Part shown: positions 36,272 through 48,217 of the stretch, one piece after another
How positions within the stretch are numbered: the stretch's first letter is position 1
Layout: each line of letters begins with the position of its first letter
Assembly: GCA_004022145.1 (NCBI GenBank)
Contig: RCNU01000014.1
DNA: 64,000 nucleotides
Direction: 5' to 3' (one strand)
DNA from: Paecilomyces variotii
Lineage: Eukaryota
The notes under the pieces: model-generated
What the model saw: only the letters and a program-made list of their open reading frames with translations
Databases searched by the model: none
Told to the model about the DNA's origin: nothing
Program-made: the position numbers and the translations under genes

Positions 36272-37338
36272 ATGGATGCATTTGTATCTCGAAAACGTCG
36301 ACGCGTCTCTCCTCCACGGGAAGAACGAGATGTGGCGTCGAAACAGCACCATCAACTTCAACATCAACCGCATCCGCATCCGCAGCCAGCGCCTTTCGCT
36401 GCTGATGAGGAGGAGTCCACAGAGATGAAATTGGCCTTGATGATGTCTCTTTTCCCAGATACAGAGCAGAGTAAATTATTAGAAGTCTTAATTTCGCATG
36501 ACGGATCCGTCGACGCTGCTTCGTCTGCTCTTTCTGCGGAGAAAAGGGAACGGACATCTCAACTGGAAGATACTACAGATAATAATATATCGCCACATCT
36601 TCTACCACCAGCGAAGAAAGAAAGAATATCAAAATCAACAGGACATATTCCCTCAACGCCTACAATACAAAGCTCGTTGTCTTCCTACGCCATTACAAAA
36701 ACTCCCAACCCATTATCATCAAGACCATCCACTACTACCCCGATAACGAAAAAGGGCAAAACACTCCATCTCTTCTCGCCCCCGGATATCGCCGCACATA
36801 CACCCTGCAGCATCATCCACAACTTCCTTCCCGCAGAAGAGGCGAACGCACTTCTAAGAGAACTCCTCGACGAAGCGCGCTCTTTCCCACGGTACAAGTT
36901 CCAACTGTTCGAAAACATCGTCGAAAGCCCGCACACGGCCAGCTTGTACGTTGCGAGTCCGGAGGAACGACGCCAGCAAATTTCGGAGTATGCCTATAAC
37001 GGGCAGTATCGGACGGATGTGAGGCAGATTACGCCGCATATGCGTGCTGTTTCTGCAAAGGTTCAGCGGGCCGTGAATGAGGAGGTCAGGAAGAGGATTC
37101 GAGATTTCTATCCTGATGGGAAGAAGTTGAAGTATCAGTCTCCCAGAGAGTGGATGCCTAATGCTGCGTTTGTGAATTGTTACGATGGTCCTGCGGAGAG
37201 TGTGGGGTTTCATTCTGATGAGTTGACGTATCTCGGTCCTCGCGCTATCATCGGCAGTTTGAGTCTAGGCGTCGAGAGGGAATTTCGAGTGCGGAAAATC
37301 GTGGCTCGTGACGATGATGAGAATAATCAATCAAAAGA

Positions 37339-37376
<38 letters not shown>

Positions 37377-37858
37377 ACAGCAGCAACAGCAGCAACAGCA
37401 GCAACAAGAACAATCGTACTGATGCACAGGGCCAAATATCCATCCACCTCCCGCATAACTCGCTCTTGGTGATGCATGCTGAAATGCAAGAGGAATGGAA
37501 ACATTGCATCGCGCCCGCGCAAACCATCTCTCCGCACCCGATCTCGGGGAATCGTCGCATTAACATCACCTATCGCTGGTATCGCGAATCGCTGCATCCG
37601 CGCCACACACCCCGGTGCCGATGTGGCGTGCCGACGGTCCTCAGGTGCTCGTCGCGGAAGCGCGAGACGAGGGGTCGGTACATGTGGATGTGCTACGCGG
37701 GTTTCTCTCCTGGGAGGGCAGGATGTGGATTCTTCCAGTGGGCGGAGTTTGATGACGACGGGGAACCGATCTGGAGGGGAAGACAGAAGGACAAGGTCGA
37801 GGAGGCTGATCGATTAAGTAACTTTGTGGATGGCATTCGCGGCGATAATGGGCAATGA
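36272..37858 (+). CDS. AlkB-family 2OG-Fe(II) dioxygenase (ALKBH2/3-like) with CUE-like N-terminus and GRF zinc finger
   Basis: NCYDGPAESVGFHSDE (HxD), WKHCI, RINITYR; C-terminal CRCG..GRYMWMC..CGFFQW. Start could be 36239 or 36272. Confidence 0.9.
37339..37406 (+). repeat. AGC/AAC trinucleotide expansion encoding a Ser/Asn loop
   Basis: (cag)n with periodic caa; DSSSSSSSSSNSSNSSNSSNSSNK. Confidence 0.9.
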
Positions 37859-38362
37859 ATGCCTTTTGGGGCTTATATATCTCAGAAGAAAGAATACTTT
37901 ACGAGCTAATGATATGATGACTAACTGATAATCAAAGAGAAAAAATATTATTCATTTCAATCCATGATAGGTCATAACGACATGAGTTGCTGAGAATTAT
38001 CGCCCTTAGAGCGTCACCAGACTATTAAGTGTCGACCATTATGCCCCGAAGGGTCGCCATACCGTGAAAACAAAGTGTAAAAAAAGGGCAGCAAGCAAAC
38101 TCGTTCCAAGCCGTAACGGGCCACAAAAGGCTCATGTGCTGAGCACTATGGCTCCGAAGGGTCTCGAGATCTCAAGAAAAGTGAGAAATGAAGTGCATAG
38201 GCACAACCCAAAAGGGTGTCATCGAGCTTGTAAAGCGAGGAACAAGTGAAAAAAAAGTGGCATGAAAACATATCGAGAGAAAATATCCAGGTCAGCCACT
38301 TAGCCAACTGCTCAACCAATCCAATTCACCAGCGTGATAATGATCAAGAGAAGACCATCCGT

Positions 38363-40570
38363 TCAGAAAATGTTCTCGTAGTGTGGCTCCTCGTAGTCTG
38401 ACTCGTAGTTTGGCTCCTCGGGCACAGGATCCTCCTGGAGTCCACCTTGAAGCTTCTGCTTGTCAGAAAATAGCTTGAACTTCGATCTCATATTCTCATG
38501 GGATCTAGTAAAACGGTCCTTGAAGGACTGTGGGTGAGGCTGAGAATGAGCGCTGGAGGCCATCGGAGATGGCTGACCCTGGTTGAATGGGAACTGTTTG
38601 AGTACGCTGGTGTTTCCATACGAGCCCTGACGTGGAGTCTCACGCGGGTCACCAGCTGCATGACGGAGATTCTGCATGCTCCCATATGCCAAGTGAGCAC
38701 CAGCGACATTGAGGGCACCAGTAGCGTTGAGGGGGGTTCCAGGCCCAGTAGTGTTGAAGGGAGCACCAGGACCACCATATGGTAGGCCCTGCGGATTGTG
38801 ACGTCTTCTAGGCGTGCGCGGATCCGGAGGAATGCGAATAACGTTACAAGTAGCGACCTGTGACACACGCGTTCCAGGAACAGGGGAATAATCGTATTCC
38901 AGCACAGCCGTATAGATGCGTTGTGGATCGCTCTGCTTAGGCATACTCACCATTCTCTGTAGCTGAGAAAAGAGCTCATCGATGCTCAAGTTTTCATCGT
39001 CCCTGATGGGCATTTGCTCCTCTGGGATGTCATGGCCAACCATTTGCTTGATAGATGCCGCAGGAACCCTCACATAGATTGGGACTGTCCATAGCTCACC
39101 TAGACGGAGCCTTTCAAATTTGATGTCATTCGCCGATGATTCTATCAGACATCCATCTCCTGCATTGAGCTTGATTGTGAGATTGCTGACGGCTCCAGCA
39201 TTGATGCCAGTGTGTAAATGGCTCATTATGTGTTGGATTCTCTGGATGTACGAGGTATGAGTCGGGTAGGCCGTCATCTGCACGTGCCATCCAAATGGCG
39301 GAACATTATCTGCGAAGTTGAATCGAGCTCCAGGGGAGACAGTGTGGAATCCCACGCGCCGGTCCATCTTTGGCATAGGAAACGGGTCAGGCGGCTCAAA
39401 CGTGACAAGGACGATATGGCACAAAGCCTTTCCATCACCAGCTAGAAGATCGTGAGATGCTTGGCTGACTGCCTTGCGCAGCAGGAGGCCCTCCTGTTTT
39501 CTAGGAGTTAAGTGGTGCTCGTGAAACTTGTCTATCTCGACCTTTGCACCCTGTCGCGAATGCTTGCCCAGCCGCAGAAGGTACTTTAGACCACCCTCGG
39601 GGCTGTCATTAACGCAGGCCACTGCGAATCGAACTCTGTCCCGATTAAGCATGGTGACCCACTTGAAGACGAGCTCGCTGAATTCCCTCTGCTTCACTGG
39701 CGGCGTGGAAGATCTAGACATAACGTTAGAACGGGAGAGAAGAACCAATGCGCCGTTTTTTTATGAACTTACGTGTTATCCATTATGTAGATGATGTCGA
39801 GAGGGAAATCGTGAGGTAGTTCGTCGGGATTCGAAAGCTCCGGCAGGTTGAGCTCGACTCTGACATAGGTGTACAGGAGCGTCTCTTCCACACCAATTCT
39901 GTGACTCAGAGGAACGATTTCAACACCTGGAACTATGGCAGGAATAGTCAGCTGCCCAAATGTCCTGCGCCGTTCGAGTGAAAAGTTGCGGTCCTGCTGG
40001 GCGGAATTGTCGAAACCGTAGGTTATGTCACCGGAGGGCGCTCTGGATGTATTCGCCGTTGAGCCTTCCAATCCCATTGGGAGAGAAATCGGAATGATGG
40101 GATTCTCAATGCTAGATTTTCTTCCTCTGGAGTCAAACGAACGGAAGAACTTCTTGACAAGTCCCGGTTTGGAGCCATGCTGATCCCCTTCCATGGATAC
40201 AACACGATTGCTTGGTGACTAGACAAACATGGTTAAGAACAGTCAGGTATGAAAGGGACGAGGCACAAATTACCTCGCTCGGTCCTCTACGGTTCCCAAC
40301 TGGGGATTCATGCAGACCCGGAGTAGAGGACATGGTAGCGTCAGACGATCTGTCTTCAGGATTGCGTGTCTTGCGAACATTGAGACTATTCATAGCACCA
40401 GCCCTAGGAGGTGGCGTGGGCGTGCTGGGCAGATGTCCAGAGAACATGTTTGAGGTCTCTCCGATAGAAGAACCTCTCGCTGGTATGCCCGGGTATGACT
40501 CGGAGCGAGTCTGGCTGACGATATGGGTTGGACTTTTGACAATCCGAAGTGGCCTTGGATAATCGGCCAT
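38363..40570 (-). CDS. Hypothetical protein, possible degenerate vWA-like domain
   Basis: ATG 40570 (MADYPRPLRIVKSP); introns 40273-40219 and 39772-39714 join three ORFs in frame; PLDIIYIMDN resembles the first vWA strand. Confidence 0.75.
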
Positions 40571-40654
40571 AACCCCTGTTAGGATTTGGTGGAGATGGAC
40601 CACAGTTGGCAGAGAGGGGTACGAGTCAGGGCAGGACAAGAAGAGACTGGATAC

Positions 40655-40942
40655 TTAGACGTGCTCTTTCCCTACGACGGGATCCTGATATCTGATATCC
40701 TCTTCCGTCGAGTCCGTTCGCTTGGTGGAGGTCGAGCTCCGAGGAGTGTCAGAACGGCTGCTCCTGTGCTGACCACGAGCTCTCTTCCAGGAGACAAGCC
40801 AGGTCAAGCCAGGTCTTGTACTCCAGAACTGGGAGCAAGCGAGGGCTATTGCAACGATACAGAAGAGAACCACGATAGGGACGAGGACTAGAGCGAGCAC
40901 GAGGACGGTGCTTTTCAGATCGAAGGAGTACCCAAGAGGCAT
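40655..40942 (-). CDS. Small single-pass membrane protein or uORF (95 aa)
   Basis: ATG start; hydrophobic run VLVLALVLVPIVVLFCIVAIALACS followed by a basic, Ser-rich tail; ends 84 nt before the next ATG. Confidence 0.5.
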   Translation of the reverse strand: MPLGYSFDLKSTVLVLALVLVPIVVLFCIVAIALACSQFWSTRPGLTWLVSWKRARGQHRSSRSDTPRSSTSTKRTDSTEEDIRYQDPVVGKEHV

Positions 40943-41358
40943 CTCGCTTGGAGAAGAGGGGGAGAAGGAGAAGAAGAGGAGGTCCAGCTCAAGTGAGGAT
41001 ACGAAGAAACAGCACGCGCTCTGGAGCCCAGCCTCTCACTATCGACGCGTTCGCGCTAAGAAGTGACTGCAACAGGAGAAACAAAGAGATAGGAAGAACA
41101 CTTTCATGAACTGACGTCATCTGTCATGAATTGAACAGAAGAATCAGTTCTGATATCGACATGCTGTTTGCTTCAGGAAGGTACCGCGAGCACAGGAAGT
41201 GGCTGGAAAAAAGGGGAATTCATGGCATGCAATTGCGGAAGGAACATTGGTCTCGTAAAGTAGGTAGATAGAACCACGGGCGGATTCTCAAGGATATGTT
41301 GATTACTCGATGATGTACAGAACAGAATGGGTATATCTGATGAAAAGCGCAAATCGTA

Positions 41359-42676
41359 TCACTCATGAACCTCCTCCGTCTGCGGGATGATGATTCGCTT
41401 AACATTCGCCAAGCTGGCCTCGTCCATGTTCAAGAAGCGTATCTACACATTCAGTTTTAGTTACTGTGCTGCCGCATCGTGATGTATCATACCGCGTTAT
41501 GCGTATGGGTTTAGGGACTCGAGATCTCGGAGTACTTACTGTTTCGTCGCTACCACTGCGCGGAGTGCCGCCAAATAACATGGCATCTGATTGGCTCGCA
41601 GCAATGCCAGAAAGGACTCGTTTCTCCCAAACTCCCTCCCAGTTCCATTCACCAGGACGTCTGGCCTGGGGATTCCCTTTCTTTGAGCTGGCATCTCCCG
41701 TGGAACTCGCACCCGGTAGACGACGGTGAGCCCGCCACGCGTGCCACGCTCCTGGGTCTCCAGCCGCCTCGAGAGGCAGGCTATCCAAGACTTTCTCGTC
41801 ATCAAATGTGGACCGAATGTAGTTCAGCAATGCTACTACCGGCACATCTTTCTTATACTCGCCAGGTCGGTCCGCACAAGGAACTGGTGATACGCGCTGG
41901 CTCGCACTAACACCGCCTGCTGGAGCATTCAATCCTGAGGCATCATTACCAGTATCCTGCTCGTCCTGTCGAGGACTCGACGGTCCCGCTGCATCGTTCT
42001 GCGTTTTCTGCTCGTTACTTCCCGGCTCGGACGGTCTGCCAGCGGAACCGATAGAGTCCCGACCAGCACTCGCGGGAGCGCTGCCGCTCACGTTCCTCGA
42101 TGAAGCCACTGAGGCGCCCGTGCTCCTTCGGGCCCTGCCAAACCAATGAGGGAATCCATGTCGCAGACTGAACCCGCCTGGCGGAAGCCTCTCTTCATCG
42201 GTTGCACTCACGGGATCCGCATTGGAGGAACCGGTGGTGAATGTATATGTGGTGAAGGGCACTATCAGCGGATGGAATATATCCGTCGAGAAGGTCACCA
42301 ACGGTGGCAGATCAGGATATGCTGCTGGAAAGCGGATGTTGAAACGGAGGATGGCCGAAGCATAGGGACCTGGGGCACATGTCTCCGTCAGCCCAGCTTC
42401 AACAGTCACAGAAAGGCAGCGGAGAAGCTGTCTCCAGCTCCAAAAGACCTACCACTGCGGACGAAGAGCACACCAGACCAGAGAGAAGGGTCTCCTGGGG
42501 TGAGACTCACGTATACCCCTGGAGGCGGAGCATGCTTTAAGCTTGCACTGCGGAGGTGTGGTCAGCGATTGGCGCTCCGGAGACCACCAAGTGAGAAACA
42601 GCAGGACTACTCACAACTCTAGAAGAAGCTGATGCCGGCGCAGTGATGGGATGTTTGGAAGCTTGACTGTCGACAT
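41359..42676 (-). CDS. UBC-fold protein lacking the catalytic Cys, AKTIP/FTS-like (Hook complex)
   Basis: LLLEFASLKHAPPPGVYVSLTPGDPSLWSGVLFVRSGPYASAILRFNIRFPAAYPDLPPLVTFSTDIFHPLI; introns 42614-42548, 42452-42370, 41539-41443. Confidence 0.85.
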
Positions 42677-43137
42677 GTCGGAATGGGCTGGGGACGTGGA
42701 ATGGAAGAGTTCCTGATCGTGGATGATTAAACGCTCTAGCCTGGGTTGGCTCTCGGCATCCCGCATCGGCGGGTCCGTATCAGTATTACCATCTTTCACG
42801 ACAGATGGACTGGATGAGGCTGATGAGCCAGCATAAAACAGGCTATAGGAATGCTGAAATGAATGCAGCTGATGTTCAGATCTGTACCAGGTGAATTTTC
42901 CATGTTCTAAGGCTGCAGCCTGACATATTGCATGTACATACACAGGTACCAGTTTCACATACCAAGAACAAAGCGGTCTATTCTAAATCACTATACAACA
43001 ATTGTGAGAAGCAAAAAAACAAAGCAATATGCCACCAGTGCGCCAGAAACAAAGAGATAAACCAAAACAATAAGACGCCTTTTTTCCTTTCTAAATCATC
43101 ATCCTTATGCATTATGCACCGGAAACAGCCTTCTTAA

Positions 43138-44199
43138 TTAGCTCGACTCTTTCCCCGCCCCCAGACCTATCCCCAAAGGATCAGTCTGGGATCGCGCAGC
43201 TCCTAAAATGATCAATCCTTCCCCAACACCTTCGCAGATCCCGCCTGTGACGCCTTCGATCCACCAGGAAGCAAGCTCGGAGACCGCCGCGCCGAGTCTC
43301 CCTTCTCTGAAACCGAGCACGGCGGTGACGCCGCTTTTACCGAGACTATCGGCTGCGCCTAATGTCGCTGTGACCACGCGCTCTGTGATGCGGTGCGATC
43401 GCTCGTATTGATATGCTTGCTGGAGCAACACTCTGATGTAGGGGCTAAGGAGCTGGATGATTAAGAAGCATTGAATGATAGAATAAGCGAGGATGCGGTG
43501 GAGGTAGGATGGTTCTGCGGATGCGTTCCAGGTGGTGTTATATCGGCCGTATTTATTTCTCGAGGATATGTTTTGTGAGCTAGATGACAGGGCGGTGGAT
43601 GGGGATGCGATAGTTTCGGGGAGTCTGTCGCGGATAGAAGCGGTTTCTTCGCGGGTTAGATCGGCAGGGAGAGCTTCGAGGAGGTAGAGAAGCCCGTTGA
43701 TATATAGAGACCGTACCAGACGGCTGTCAGCGCGAGGTTGTTGGGCTTCGTATCCGGCGTTTCGGAGGAGATTGAATGCTAGCAAGCATGTTGGTTAATA
43801 CTTATCGCATATAGATCAATGTCGCGACGACGGCAACTTACCCGGAACTATTCGATTCCACCTCAGCCCTGACTCGACCTCATACTTCACCATCTGATCC
43901 ATCTCGATCGACATATCTGATCGGCCAGAACACGAACTGGAGGACTCGTTATCATCCCCCGCTGCCGTCGTTGCCGTGGCCGGTCGCCGCGAGTATCCCA
44001 CTGACTCTGGCGGGAAATCATAGCACTGCAATTGCGGCTCCGAGCTGCAGACGATTCCTCTGCATAGATCGGGCGTTGAAGATGTCGTGCTCGTCAGGGT
44101 ACTTGTCGTTAACGAACGGTCAAGACGCGGGATACATCGTCTCAACGAGGCGGGGAGAACCGTTAAGAGCACTCGAGGCTGGGCGGAAAGGGGATGCAT
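43138..44199 (-). CDS. Conserved-looking fungal hypothetical protein
   Basis: Intron 43841-43779 joins YEVESGLRWNRIVP to AFNLLRNAGYEAQ..RSLYINGLLYLLEALPADLT. Start 44199 or 44232. Confidence 0.75.
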
Positions 44200-46006
44200 C
44201 GATGTGCCCTCCGCGCCGGCTGACCAGAACATCTGGCAATGCTCGTCTGGTTTCTAGTTAAGTACTTAAACCGGGAGGTAGCCGTGATCAGGTCGGCAAA
44301 TCTGACCTGATGTGATCTGATCGCTTGACTATCGGACGGCACAGTTATCGTAAAGTATCGTATCGTATCTCGCTCGGACCGTTGAGACGTCAAAAAGATC
44401 CCGAGACGAGACTTTCACATGTCAAATACTTAGTTACATCCTTCTAGATACTTGACTAAGTAACAGGCGGCTCTTTTTATCGTCCTTCTGCCTTTCCTAT
44501 CCCCCACCGCTACTTAGACGACTCTAGCTTGCTTAGATCGCGGTTAATACTCGGACTGGCGACAGATCCCGTAGTAACTTAAAATCCAAGGGAGAGAAGT
44601 TGACCCAGAAAAGCTAATTCGATCACGTTCCATGGCTTCGTTACTGTCTCATCTAACTGAGATTGAGATGCTGGTTGGTACTTATGTCGGGACTTGATTT
44701 TACCATAGACGCAGACGGTTCAGATGCTGTGTTTCGCACACATGGCTCGACTCCGACTTACATACTCCGCTCAGGGTTGAACCATTATTGGATGTGCAGA
44801 TACACACAGAAGGCTAATTGAAAAGATCTGAGCACAGCACAGTGAAACATTATCAATTCTCCAGGGACGTACTGTACATGTAAGGTCAGGTTGCTCTGTG
44901 TGACACGGACGGGTGGAATCTGGCCGAAATGATCTCCTATCACTTTCTTTCTCCTCTCCGGGCGAAACATTATAGCTTGTAGCATAGAGTAGAGAACGGA
45001 TGAGATGCTGTAGGATCTTCGAGAGCCGTCTACCTGGATTCCATGCGCCTCGGGAAGATGTAAACGATGTGGCGTCGTCCCAAAGATCGTTGTTCACTAG
45101 GTAACTAATCCATTGAGTGAGTGGGTAATGTAATTATCATCTGATCAACGAGTGCAACGTCTTGCTGCTGTGTGTGGTTAGATTTGAATCCTGACTTAAG
45201 TAGCGTTGCTTTGACTGACTGACTGGTGTGATCGTCGTGGTATCCACTGCGTCAAGACCGAGATATTATCTGACAGGTAAATTCAGAATTGTCATTCTGG
45301 GGCTGGGATGATCTAGATGAATATGTTTGTAGCATGTCATGCAAGGAAGGGGACTTAGAGTGAAAAGCGTAGATTTAAGTATACGTGCTGATCACCGGAA
45401 CGTGTACCAGTCCCTTTCGGCTGTTGACCGTGCTTCGAACCAGTGGAGGATGACCGGACAATTAGACACCTATCACAGAGAAAGGTGAGCCCAACTCTAC
45501 TTTTACGATAGTTATTACAGAGCGCGGGTAGTTTAGAATGTCTCGTTTTCGTTTTCGTTTTCTTTTTTCTCCACGCTAAAAAGACTCCATGCGCCCACAA
45601 TATCTACCAGACAGACCTCGATTCGGTTTCAATTATAGCAGCATTATAAACAACTTTTAGCTGCCTCATTAATGCATGCGTCCAGAAGGAATACTCGCAT
45701 CATCTCATCTTCAGCGGTCATGACTCTTCCCAGCAAGCGAATAGAATACGAGAAAAGTCAAAGAGAGAAAGAAAAAAGCAAGACTTCGCATGAAAGATGA
45801 ATATGCCAGAACATGTGAAATAATGCCTTTTGTGCAATGCAGACATGAAAACGGTTCCGTATGCGGTTTCATGTTCGACCTCCATCATAGCCTCAAACGG
45901 CATAACTATCCACTGCAACTATATCGTTCCCATTCGGAATTCATTGCTATCTAGAATATCTCGTCAAAGTCAGCAGGTACCAGACTGCCATAAAATTCGG
46001 AAAAGA

Positions 46007-48217
46007 CTAGAATAGGTGGGAGTTTTCAAAAAGCGGCTCTGAAAATGGGATCGAGGTGGATCGTGAATGGTTTTGGGCGGAACTGAAGCCAGAGTCGGAC
46101 GCAGGGCTTCGTTTACTAGCGGACATAGTGTGCTTCGATGCGAGGTCGTCAGGGTCTGTCATTCTCATTCCTTGATCTCGCACCTCGACACCGCCAAAGT
46201 CGAGACCTTCCATATCATCATGATGGAGGTCCCCGTAACTATCATTCGGCTGCTGAAGGAACTCCGGATCGAATCCCATCTGCACCGACGAGTCAGCAAG
46301 TGCACTGACTGGTGCAGATGTAGATGCTGATAGCGCGCAAGTAGGGAAGTTACTTCCCCAGTCACTTGCTAATGCCGGCGCGGCTATTGCGGACGGCACT
46401 CCAAAACTGCCAGCGTAGCTTCCGCTCAAGCTACCCGGCATGCTAGGAGGCACAGAGGAGAATATACTTTGCCTAGGAGCAGGACTCTGGAAACTGGAAC
46501 TGAGGGATTGAGAAGACGCCTGGTAAGGATCCATAGATCTTTGTTCCTGGCCTATCAGGTAGGGTGGCACGGCGTTCTCTACCAGGCGTTGAACGAACGG
46601 CTCAAACCCCCAATCGCCTTGCCACTGTCTCATATCAGCGCCATTCTTGAAGTGAGCCGCGAGATGGTCGATCCGCTCTTTCCACGTGGTGAACTGGACC
46701 GAGCAGAACCCGCAGCGAGACTTTAGCTCTGTCGTCGCACTCTTCCAGCTCTCCATAGATGAGTCAAACTTGACATCGTGCATGAGACGTAGATGTTGGT
46801 TGAGATGATCTTTCCGATAAAATGTCCGTTCTTGCAAAGCCTTCTCCTGACAATCGGAGTAATTATGAGATTCAAGGTGGTCCTCGTTAGGATTAGGGGC
46901 CTTGCAGAAGGCACAAAAGGCTTGTCCGTTTCGGAATACTATCCCGCCTCCGGGAGCACAGGTCCACTTGTCCAACGCAAGATGCAAGGACTTCTCGTGA
47001 CGTTGCCAGTCGTACTTTGTAGGGAAGGCATCAGTACAAAACGTACACTGAAAGATGCGAGCGCCCCTTGTCTTTTGCTGACTTAGAGCACTAGACGAAG
47101 CCGATGGTTTGCGACGGCGCCGTCTCTCTTTCCTATCCACAGAATTGGAATTGAACGAACCGATGGATGAGCGATGCGAGAAAGCAGAGGCAAACGACAT
47201 CTCTGAGAGAGAGGACCGAGTTGTTTCAAAACTGCTGACGGAGGGAGCCTGGAACAGGTTAGAATTGGAAAAGCTGGAGTCGTTGCTAGAACCAGTTCTC
47301 CGCGAGAGAGAGCGCGAGCGTGAGTGCCCAGATTGGATCTGTTCGTCGTCAAACTGAGTATTGGCCATGGCTCGAATAATAGCAGTCTTCGAGGCGGCTT
47401 CGTTCTCGGGAGGCGAGTATTTCCAACGTTCAAGAGGAGTCAGCAGTGACATGTCCATTCCTGGGGGCAGAGTCTGAGCTGGTATGTCGATAGCCCCAGG
47501 GACCGGAGAACTGCTGCGTGGTGAAGGACGGACCTTCCCCCTCCGGCGGGCGTTGGCCAGCCAGTTGCAGATCTGACTTCGCTTTAGCCCAGTCTGCTCT
47601 TTCAATTCGTCCTTTTGCTGCTCAGTCGGATATGGATGTTCGCTATGTTGGGAGAGCCAGTTCTTCAAGATACGAACAGCCTCGCGAGGGAACCGAGCAC
47701 CACTTTTCCTGGATCTCGAATCGAAGTCGTCGTAGGTCTGGCGACCGCCCAAAGATTTCAAGATTCTCTTTCCGGTTGGACCACCAGTTGGAATGTCAAC
47801 GTCCTCTGTCAATGATTGTAACGTATCCAGATATTTATAAGGGGCTTTCGCGTGTGTGAAGCTGCATTCGCGGTACAGAGATATACAGCATGTACAACCG
47901 TTCTGCAGCACCCCTCTTTGGGCGACAAAACAGTCGAAACCCATACGACGGCAGAAGTCACAAGGCTGTTTGGCACGGAACATAGGCTGTCCGCGAGGAT
48001 CCAGGGATACGTCCGCGTCTTCCTCTGCCTCGCCTGCCTCTGGGTGGACAGTGTCAGCAGCAGGAGGGTTCGTCGGCAATTGGACGTTCTTGTCGAAGAA
48101 GAGCGCGTCGTAGTTGGCGACGGCATCCGCCTCGTCAATCTCTTGACAGTCAGAAGCTACGTCGTCCTCCAGGACCTGGGAGCCAAGGGAAGCTCCGTCG
48201 AAGTCGAAGTATTCCAT
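46007..48217 (-). CDS. TALE/KN homeobox plus C2H2 zinc-finger transcription factor
   Basis: LKNWLSQHSEHPYPTEQQKDELKEQTGLKRSQICNWLANARRR; FQCTFCTDAFPTKYDWQRHEKSLH and further C2H2 fingers; N-terminal Cys6 motif CDFC..C..CTCC..C. Confidence 0.92.
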   Translation of the reverse strand: MEYFDFDGASLGSQVLEDDVASDCQEIDEADAVANYDALFFDKNVQLPTNPPAADTVHPEAGEAEEDADVSLDPRGQPMFRAKQPCDFCRRMGFDCFVAQRGVLQNGCTCCISLYRECSFTHAKAPYKYLDTLQSLTEDVDIPTGGPTGKRILKSLGGRQTYDDFDSRSRKSGARFPREAVRILKNWLSQHSEHPYPTEQQKDELKEQTGLKRSQICNWLANARRRGKVRPSPRSSSPVPGAIDIPAQTLPPGMDMSLLTPLERWKYSPPENEAASKTAIIRAMANTQFDDEQIQSGHSRSRSLSRRTGSSNDSSFSNSNLFQAPSVSSFETTRSSLSEMSFASAFSHRSSIGSFNSNSVDRKERRRRRKPSASSSALSQQKTRGARIFQCTFCTDAFPTKYDWQRHEKSLHLALDKWTCAPGGGIVFRNGQAFCAFCKAPNPNEDHLESHNYSDCQEKALQERTFYRKDHLNQHLRLMHDVKFDSSMESWKSATTELKSRCGFCSVQFTTWKERIDHLAAHFKNGADMRQWQGDWGFEPFVQRLVENAVPPYLIGQEQRSMDPYQASSQSLSSSFQSPAPRQSIFSSVPPSMPGSLSGSYAGSFGVPSAIAAPALASDWGSNFPTCALSASTSAPVSALADSSVQMGFDPEFLQQPNDSYGDLHHDDMEGLDFGGVEVRDQGMRMTDPDDLASKHTMSASKRSPASDSGFSSAQNHSRSTSIPFSEPLFENSHLF

